Source: Balanoglossus misakiensis (taxonomy: Eukaryota; Animalia; Hemichordata). Taken from it: a stretch of 64,000 nucleotides of DNA. The notes under the pieces are model-generated. The model did not search any database and was not told the origin of the DNA. It saw only the letters and a program-made list of their open reading frames with translations. The translations under genes were made by a program, and so were the position numbers. The DNA is taken from NCBI GenBank assembly GCA_040954595.2, contig CM082585.2:4799358-4863357 (forward strand), read 5' to 3'. Shown one piece after another: positions 50,696-60,497 of the stretch; positions within the stretch are counted from its first letter, which is position 1; each line of letters starts with the position of its first letter.

Positions 50696-52487
50696 ATGGT
50701 GAGTATGCATTTGAGCAATTGTTCACAAGATATTTATTGCCAACCTTGAAGACCGGTATAACATTTCACGTGGAAATGTCTAACAATTTGCTCCGGTCGG
50801 GTAACTCTATTAGAACTGTTGCCTAAATGTCTTTCTAATCTGCACATTTTGAACATCTTCTGTTCATATCTGATCTATCCAAGGCTCCAATTCGGCGATT
50901 TCCTGTAATAACGGCAGTAGTCATCATGCTGTCATTGTCTGTAAACGGCTTCCCATCACAGGAGGAGGGGAACGATGAGAACCTCACTTGCGAAACATGC
51001 AATGTCGTCATTGACACGGACGACGGTGTTGGATACGAAGACTGTGTGTTATCACATCACTGTTCATCAGACCTGATTGCGAAAATCAAAGACGTCGAAG
51101 GTGGTCTGATAGAGGAAAAAAGTCGAGCTTCTTCATCATTCGCCTTTGATTTTCACAACGATACTCACTATTCAGCTCTTGTATTATCAAACCAGCGCAT
51201 CTATGAAAACATCAATCAGGTAAGATTGCAAGTTTACGCCAGTACCGATTTCTTTATCACGGTGGACTGTCATACGAGGTAACACCGTTCTGAACCCTTT
51301 TACCACAATGGTCCAGTCCAAAATCCTTTGTTTTCTACGGTAAGGTTGGACCTGCAAAGAGGGAACTGGTGGTGAAAGGGTTAATGACTGTCAGATTTTT
51401 CATTAAATACAGGGTCTTGGAGCTGGTAGCGACTTGATTTCCCTGTGTGCCACTTGCAACTTGACAGAATATGTTAACGGACTGGCGTTTTGGGAATGTG
51501 AGGTAAGTATATTGTTACGTAGGAGAAGTTTTCTATTGTTTTCGTGGCCAGGTGCACCTAGGTTGATTTTTTATTTAACATATTAGCGTGACCAGGTGTT
51601 AGTTTTTGGTCGTATAAAAACCACCCAGTGCCACGTTGTCGTGTGGCTCATTTGATTCTGGTCTGGTAGCTGTGCCGTCGCCTTGGAGGAGTTTTGGGAG
51701 CCCAACGTACGGAGTTTGCCTGTCGACTGTGGTAGCTGAAGATTGACACTGCCGAAGGGACTTGGTGAAGCCGTGGTGGATGTTTTCGAGAACGCCGCGT
51801 GGAATTTGGGAGCCGTCCTGAGGGAGCGCGTCTCCGTGTCACTGTGGAACTGCATTTGAGGTAATACGTGGCTGTCTTGTTGTGCGTCGAGTGAAAGGCC
51901 AGTATCGTCGTGCGTCGAGTCACCGAACTGTTTGTGAGACTTTGAACTTGTTAGGAATTTTTGTTTGGTCACCTGGTCACGCTCGAGTTTAGTTTGTAGT
52001 TTATTGTAAATATTAGTTAACATATTGTGAACATTACTCGTATCTACAGTTAAATTAACACTGTAAATAGACTGGTATGTTGTACGTGTGTTGTCTTTGA
52101 CCATTTCTTTTGCTGCGGCCTGTTGGCCGGTTCGGATGTAAAACAAGCCACCCGGTTAAGTAAATTGGCCTCTCTCTTCTCCGCATATTTTTGGCTCGGA
52201 CGGCCTGCGGGTCGAAAAAATAAAATGAAGCCACAATTAAATTCTTGTTGTAGTATACATGTACACTGGCTTTATTGGTGTAGCATGCTGGTCACATTTT
52301 CACACGTACACTGTCTTTTCTTCCTTAGAATTCAGAATGTCATGAAGCGTTCACACGGCCCTTTTCCTGGGTTCCAGTGAAAACGGACATCACTTCTACA
52401 ACTGGCCACTGCGTGGATGTGACCCCTCATCTTGGCAGGATGACATTCTATTGTGATAAATACTACATACCACAACTTGATTTATAA
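50696..52487 (+). CDS. Unknown secreted 10-Cys protein, array copy C (195 aa; adjacent in-frame ATG at 50693)
   Basis: Exons: 50696-50698, 50884-51219, 51413-51502, 52329-52487. Intact. Confidence 0.82.
51515..52215. mobile_element. ~700-bp GC-richer insertion unique to intron 3 of copy C (probable transposable-element fragment)
   Basis: Replaces the short gaaggtacg segment seen in the homologous intron of the other copies. Contains the inverted repeat agcgtgaccaggtg...cacctggtcacgct (~51585 / ~51970). Confidence 0.6.
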
Positions 52488-54074
52488 TCTCCAAAAATAG
52501 TTTCATGATAACAACCATGGCCCATTAGTCACTCTTCACTTTTCAAAGTTCACACCGTAAAAGGAAATTGCATTCAGTTTTGCTGCAATATGTAATGATT
52601 TTCTTGGAGACCAATAAAAGAAATGACGGGCATAAGAATCACAGGAGTATTCCTTTATGTCTGGTGCAAGATGCAAGAGTATGCAGTAGTATGTATGCGT
52701 TATAAACCTAGACATAATTAAAGGCTTGATGCACATATGGTAGTCGATATCAAATTTAGGTGTTTAGGCTTTGTATGTCGACTGAAAGATTCCGTCGTGT
52801 GCGGCGTGGGGCCATAGATAATGCCCCAGAGCGCCCGCACACGACGGAATCTTCTAGCTTTGCTTTATATGCTACGTGGAGTTTTGCTCTTACGGTTGTG
52901 TTCATCGATTTTAATCAAGAAAACATTGTTGATTGATTGATTAATCTTTTGACTGGGTGATCGACCGATCGATCGACCGATGGCCTGGTTTATTGATAAA
53001 ATAATCGCTCGATTGCTTGCTTGATTAATCGGTCGATATAGCGAGCGATCGAACTAAATTGATGTAGTCAAATTTTGTGTTTATTTGATAATTGTCAATA
53101 TGAACGTAGGGAAATGTCCGTGGAATATGTTTAGTGTTGGGCTTCTCCACAAAGCTTGTATAATGAGTAACGGCCATTGATATTGTTTACAAACGCTTTC
53201 AAGTCCGCACTTGAATAAGACCCGGTCCCTCAAAACAACCTTTGTCCATTTACAGTTAGATGCAGCTCAGATGTGGTCAAAACGGATTCGTTGACAGGGA
53301 AACAGGCCTCTGTTGGCTATAAATTCCTATAAACTCTTCATCTGGTTCCATATTCTATTTAGAAGCCACGCTAGCGATCCCAACTCGACGCAGGCAGAAA
53401 ATCCAGTAAAAATGACTCGAAGGAAGTCGGGTGCCATCCGGTCACGTATCCCCGACCAAGACTAAAAATATCACAAACAGAATCCCACTAGCGTAACAGA
53501 AAAGAAGTCAACATTGATAAAAAAAAATCGCGAGAGGGGCCGTGGTGTATTTTCCTTTTAAGTTTTTTTCGTTTTTGTGAAAACGGAAAAAAGTCATGAT
53601 GATGAAAGTTACTAAAATAGCAACACAATTATAAAACAAAATCACGAACACGAAAGTCACTAATATAGTAAAACAGTTACTAAACTAGCTGAAAAAAAAC
53701 CGCGAAAACGAAAGCTGCTAAAGAGCAACAGAGTTATACTGAAAAAAAATGTTAGGGAAAAAGAAACTCACGGAAACCAAACAGTACGATTGCAGCCAAA
53801 CCTAAATGCCTGTTTAAATTTATGTAGACCTCGATACCACGTGTTCACATTTTACATAGAAAAATATTTTATTTCTCACACAATATATGGGTAGTTTCTT
53901 TTTTACACATAAATAAAGAAACAGGTTGAACGCTTTTATAGAATATATTCATCGACACAGAAATAGCTTAATGGATTCAGTCTGTATATAATATATAAGA
54001 AAACGAGTCGAGCAGTAATACATATCCAAGACGAAACTTTGTTCAGCTGCGCATTCGTGTTTGGTGCATACATG

Positions 54075-56155
54075 ATGGTGAGTATGTTATTACAACAGAA
54101 TCGTCACGTTCGTATTTGAGGTAGTATGCACCTGGAAAATCAAAGTCTCATATTTGTTTGAAAGTTTAATACTCTCATTGTTCTGTTCTGCACGTGTGGA
54201 AGGATTTGCATGATTGATATCCAAATTTTAACGAATTTTGTATGTATCAAGCGGGTATTACAAATTATTTCCATAATGCTCCCCATCGTAAATTATTCAA
54301 TCTACAGCCATTTGTCGACGTGTCGTGTAGTTTGACTGTAGGCACTGCGTATAGAGACTTTCCAAACATGTTTTTTTTAATCACTGGCTTAATTACTCTT
54401 TGTCGATACACTTACACAAAAGGCGACTATTAAGACATTTGACGTGGCCTGTACTCAGCTCGTTGTGAATACTTATTAATTAATTATTTTGACAATTGTT
54501 GAGTAGATATTCATTGCCACCCTTGAAGACCGGTATATGCTCCGGTCAGTAATCCTGGAACTGATGTATTTATATTGCACATTTTGAGCACTTTTGTTAA
54601 TATCTGGTCTATCTCAGACTCCACTTGAAGACCGGTATAACTTTTCATGTGGAAATGTCTAACAATTTGCGCCGGTCGGCAACCCTATTAGAACTGTTGT
54701 CTAAATGCATTTATAATGTGCACATTATGAATAACTTCTGTTCATATCTGGTCTATCTAAGGCTTCATTTCGGCGATTTCCTGTAATAACGGCAGTAGTT
54801 ATCATGATGTCATTGTCTGTAAACGGCTTCCCAGCACAGAAGGAAGGGAACGATGGGAACCTCACTTGCGAAACATGCAATGTCGTCATTGACACGGACG
54901 ATGGTGTAGGTTACGAAGACTGCGTGATACCAACTCGCTGTCCATCAGACCTGATTGCGAAAATCAAAGACGTCGAAGGTGGTCTGATAGAGGAAAAGAG
55001 TCGAGCTTCTTCATCAATCGCCTTTGATTTCCACAACGACACTCACTATTTAGGTTTTGTATTATCAAACCAGCGCATCTATGAAAACATCAACCATGTA
55101 AGTCAAGCTGTACCTTACGTTTTTTTTCTTCTTCACAAATTCACGTTAGCACCGATTTCTTTATCACGGTGGACTGACATATGAGGCAATACCGTTATTA
55201 ACCCTAAGAAATAGGCTCCCAATGTTTTTAAGGTTTACTCATATCGTTTAATGAAGGGTTGGTGTTCTTCTCACGAATTTCTGATACATTGGCTTATTTG
55301 CATAACTCTTCATAATTTTTATCATATCAATCACTTTGTAATTCTCACTCGAGAACACTGGATGGGGCTAGGGGTCACCCTCTTTTGAGATTTTCAGGGG
55401 GTCACTATATTTCCGGTTTTTTTTCGAGGGGGTCATTGATTTTTTGACACGTACACATACCAAAGCCAGCGACCCCCGGACTGGAGAAACTGATTATTCC
55501 ATTACACATCTTGCAGACGAGTAAGATCTGTATTTTAGGCAAGAGACTGAACACAAAACATTCCATTGAAGTTTGCATTAATAATATGGTACAAACATGT
55601 AAGAAAATATATATTGTACCAACACATTTTCCATTCCACTAAACACAGGGTCCTGGAGGTGGTAGCGACTCGGTCTCCCTGTGCGCCACTTGCAACGCGA
55701 CAGAATATGTTAATGGACTGGCATTTTGGGAATGTGAGGTAGGTATATTGTGAAGATACGATTAAATTCTTACGTATGACATCGTTAATAGAGACCTAAC
55801 GCACGAGGTCCCTCCAATCACTGCACTGAACGTGGACCTTAGAGAAGCGGATTATCCAATCAGAGCATGCAATACATGAGTATATGGCGTGTAATGTAGG
55901 TCATTTTGAAACAAGTATGATTGAACACATATACACTGGCTTTGTTGGTTGTTGCATGCTTATCACATTTTCACACGTACACTGTCTTTACTTCCTTAGA
56001 ATTCTGAGTGTCATGAAGCTTTCACACGTCCCTTTTCCTGGGTTCCGATGAAAACGGACATCACTTCTACAACTGGCCACTGCGTGGATGTAGTCCCTCA
56101 TCTTGGCAGGATGACATTCTATTGTGATACATATTACATACCACAACTTGATTAA
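54075..56155 (+). CDS. Unknown secreted 10-Cys protein, array copy D (194 aa; adjacent in-frame ATG at 54072)
   Basis: Exons: 54075-54077, 54762-55097, 55649-55738, 56000-56155. Intact. Confidence 0.82.
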
Positions 56156-57072
56156 TAATCTCCATAAAACGGTTTCATGATATTGACCATGGCAAATTAG
56201 TCACACCGTAAAAGTAAATTGCATTCAGTTTTGCTGCAATCTGTAATGATTCTCTTGGAGATCAATAAAAAAAAATGACGGGTATACGAATCACAGGAGT
56301 ATTCCTTTGTTATGTCTGGTGCAAGATGCAAGAGTATGCACTAGTATATATGCGTTATAAACCTAGACATAACTAAAGCCTGATATGGCAGTCGATATCA
56401 AACTTAGGTGTTTAGGCTTTGTATGTAGACTGAAAGATTCTGTCGTGTGCGGCGTGGGGCCATAGATAGTGCCCAGGAGCGCCCGCACGCGACGGAATCT
56501 TTTAGTCTTCCAGACTAGCTTTATATGCTACGTGGAGTTTTGCTCTTACAGTTGTGTTCATCGATTTTAATCAAGGAAACATTGTTGATCGATTGATTAA
56601 TCTTTTGACTGGGTGATCCTGGCCTGGTTTATTGATAAAATAATCGCTCGATTGCTTGCTTGATTGCTTGCTTGCTTGCTTGCTTGCTTGATCAATCGAT
56701 ATAGCGAGCGATCGAACTAAATTGATGAAGTCAATTTTTGTGTTTATTTGATAATTGTCAATATGAACGTAGGGAAATGTCCGTGGAATATGTTTAGTGT
56801 TGAGCTTCTCCACAAAGCTTGTATAATGAGTAACGGCCATTGATATTGTTTACAAACGATTTCAAGTCCGCACTTGAATTTAACCTTCTTCAACAGCAAT
56901 GGTGATGACTACAAGGAATTTAAAAGGGCTGTGATGAAAAAACATACACTCAGCAATTCTTCATGTTAATGGTTAGAAATCAGCTATTGAACTTTAAGTG
57001 TACATGTAATTCAGAACTGTCAGAATATAGTTTTGAATGAACTATATTGCAAAAAAATTCAAACGCTAATTG

Positions 57073-57123
57073 AACCAACCAACCAACCAACCAACCAACC
57101 AACCAACCAACCAACCAACCAAC
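57073..57123. repeat. (AACC)n microsatellite, expanded in one array unit
   Basis: About 12 AACC units here, versus a short interrupted tract at the homologous site ~46279. Confidence 0.9.
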
Positions 57124-58118
57124 ATACAGAGATAAGACTGCAATGAAACCACAGACACCATAAGCTTACTAATATTCAAGAATTACGATGTCTTAGTGAA
57201 GGCACTGACCACAGTTTGTATACATGAAACTTACTTGCGTTGAGATTTGGATAAATGATAGAAAAACGTCTTTTTTAAAATGTCGATAAATGTAGCTGGG
57301 GGTGCAACAAGATGGCGATAAGGTGGCTATTTCAATTTCATCCGTTTCATTTTTCCAATTATGGACTCTGTTTATTTTGATACAGTAGGCATTAATTATG
57401 GTCGGTCGGAATCTAGGGGTTTACACCTGAACGAGGCCCTCAAAAAAAATTGTCCATTTACAGTTAGGTGCAGCTCAGTTGTGGTCAAAACGGATTCGTT
57501 GACAGGGAAACAGACCTCTGTTGGCTATAAATTCCTATAAACTCTTCATCTAGTTCCATATTCTATTTAGAAGCCACGCTAGCGATCACAACTCGAAGCA
57601 GGCAGAACATCCAGTACAAATGACTCACAGAAAGTCCGGTGCCATCCGGTCACATGTCCCCGAGCCCAACAACCAAGACTAAAAATATCACAAACCGAAT
57701 CCAATACCGTAACAGAAAAGAAGTCAACATTGAAAAAAAAATCGCGAAATGGGCCGTGGTTTATTTTCCTTTTAAGTTGTTTTTCGTTTTCGTGATTTTT
57801 TCTTTTGTTTTCAGCTATTTTAGTAACTGTGTTGCTTTGGGCTTGCGTGATTTCCGCTTTTTTCGTTTTTGTGAAAACGGAAACGTGTTCACATTTTACA
57901 TAGAATTTTTTTTATTTCTCACACAAAATATGGGTAGTTTTTTTACACATAAATAAATAAAGAAACAGGTTGAACGCTTTTATAGAATATATTCATCGAC
58001 ACAGATATAGCTTAATGGATTCAGTCTGTATATAATATCTAACAAAACGAGTCGAGCAGTAATACATATCCAAGACGAAACTTTGTTGAGCTGCGCATTC
58101 GTGTTTGGTGCTTACATG

Positions 58119-60121
58119 ATGGTGAGTATGTTATTACAACAGAATCGCCACGTATTTGAGGTACATGTAGTATGCACCTGGAAAATCAAAGTCTCATATT
58201 TGTTTGAAAGGCATCTTTGGGCTAATGCTCTCATTGTTCTGTTCTGCACGTGTGGAAGGATTTGCATGATTGATATCCAAATTTTAACGAACTTCGTAAG
58301 TATCAAGCGGGTTTTACAAATGATTTCCACAATGCTCCCCATCGTAAATTATTCAATCTACAGCCATTTTGTCGACGTGTCGTGTAGTTTGATTGTAGGC
58401 ACTGCGTATAGAGACTTTCCAAACTTTGTCGATACACTTACACAAAAGGCGACTAAGACCTTTGACGTGGCCTGTACTCAGCTCGTTGTGAACACTTATT
58501 AATTAATTATTTTGACAATTGTTGAGTAGATATTCATTGCCACCCTTGAAGACCGGTATATCACTCTATGTTTAATCGTCTAACAATTTGCTCCGGACAG
58601 TAATCCTGGAACTGATGTATTTATATTGCACATTTTGAGCACTTTTGTTAACATCTGGTCTATCTCAGACTCCACTTGAAGACCGGTATAACTTTTCATG
58701 TGGAAATGTCTAACAATTTGCGCCGGTCGGTAACCCTAGAACTGTTGCCTAAATGCATTTCTAATCTGCACATTATGAATAACTTCTGTTCATATCTGGT
58801 CTATCTAAGGCTCCGTTTCGGCGATTTCCTGTAATAACGGCAGTAGTTATCATGCTGTCATTGCATGTAAACGGCATCCCAGCACAGAAGGAGGGGAACG
58901 ATGGGAACCTCACTTGCGAAACATGCGATGTCGTCATTGACACGGACGACGGTGTTGGATACGAAGACTGTGTGTTATCAAATCACTGTCCATCAGACCT
59001 GATTGCGAAAGTCCATGACATCGAAGATGGTCTGATAGAGGAAAAAAGTCGAGCTTCTTCATCAATCGCCTTTGATTTCCACAACGACACTCACTATTTA
59101 GGTTTTGTATTATCAAACCAGCGCATCTATGAAAACATCAACCATGTAAGTCAAGCTGTACCTTACGTTTTTTTTCTTCTTCACAAATTCACGTTAGCAC
59201 CGATTTCTTTATCATGGTGGACTGACATATGAGGCATCACCGTCATTAACCCTTATAGAAAATAGGCTCCCAATGTTTTTAAGGTTTACTCATATCGTTT
59301 AATGAAGGGTTGGTGTTCTTCTCACGAATTTCTGATACATTGGCTTATTTGCATAACTCTTCATAATTTTTATCATATCAATCACTTTGTAATTCTCACT
59401 CGAGAACACTGGATGGGGCTAGGGGTCACCCTCTTTTGAGATTTTCAGGGGGTCACCATATTTCCGTTTTTTTTTCGAGGGGGTCATTGATTTTTTGACA
59501 CGTACACAAACCAAAGCCAGCGACCCCCCGGACTGGAGAAACTGATTATTTCATTACAGACGAGTAAGATCTGTATTTTAGGCAAGAGATTGAACACAAA
59601 ACATTCCATTAAAGTTTACATAATATGTAGCGTGCTACAAATAATATGGTACACAGATGTAAAGAAATGTAATGATTGTACCAACGCATTTTCCATTCCA
59701 TGAAATACAGGGTACTGGAGCTGGCAGCGACCTGATCTCCATGTGTGCTACTTGCAACGCGACAGAATATGTTAACGGACTGTCGTACTGGGAATGTGAG
59801 GTAAGTACATTGCGAGGCTACGATTAAATTCTTCTAGTAGTATAATACGAATTACGTCGTTATTGAACACATATACACTGGCTTTGTTGGTTGCAGCATG
59901 CTTATCACATTTTCATACGTAACTTAAGAGGTACAATGTCCTTTCGTCTTTAGAATTCAGAATGTCATGAAGCGTTCAAACGTCCCTTTTCCTGGGCTCC
60001 GGTGAAAACGGGCATCACTTCTACAACTGGCCACTGCGTGGATGTGGTCCCTCGTCTTGGCAGGATGACATTCTATTGTGATATATACTACATACCACAA
60101 TTTGATCTAGAATCTCCATAA
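58119..60121 (+). CDS. Unknown secreted 10-Cys protein, array copy E (198 aa; adjacent in-frame ATG at 58116)
   Basis: Exons: 58119-58121, 58810-59145, 59711-59800, 59954-60121. Intact; C-terminus extended to YIPQFDLESP*. Confidence 0.82.
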
Positions 60122-60406
60122 AACGGTTTCATGATATTGACCGTGGCCCATTAGTCACTCTTCACTTTTCAAAGTTCACACCGTAAAAGTAAATTGCATT
60201 CAGTTTTGCTGCAATGTGTAATGATTCTCTTGGAGACCAATAAAAGAAATGACGGGCATAAGAATCACAGGAGTATTCCTTTGTAATATATGTCTGGTGC
60301 AAGATGCAAGAGTATGTATGCGTTATAAACCTAGACATAATTGAAGGCTTGATGCACATATGGCAGTCGATATCAAATTTAGGTGTTTAGGCTTTGTGTG
60401 TACATG

Positions 60407-60497
60407 TAGACTGAAAGATTCAGTCGTGTGCGGCGTGGGGCGTGGGGCCATAGATAGTGCCACAGAGCGCCCGCACACGACGGAATCTTTTAGTCTA
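60407..60497. repeat. ~85-bp hairpin element downstream of copies B-E (also ~49429-49510, ~52779-52858, ~56426-56508)
   Basis: tagactgaaagattc.gtcgtgtgcggcg ... cgcccgcacacgacggaatcttttagtcta. Confidence 0.75.

Noticed and set aside
51583-52146. 187-aa minus-strand ORF
   Set aside because: Lies within a copy-specific intronic insertion, is S/T/Q-rich and has no recognisable domain. Probably a chance frame in a transposable-element fragment.
53110-53120. GGGAAATGTCC as an NF-kB site in array spacers (also ~56772)
   Set aside because: Imperfect match, present in only two units and far from the start sites. Not enough to claim immune regulation.
57639-58502. 105- and 139-aa ORFs in the array spacer and intron
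   Set aside because: The homologous sequence in the other repeat units is frameshifted or deleted, so these frames are not conserved.
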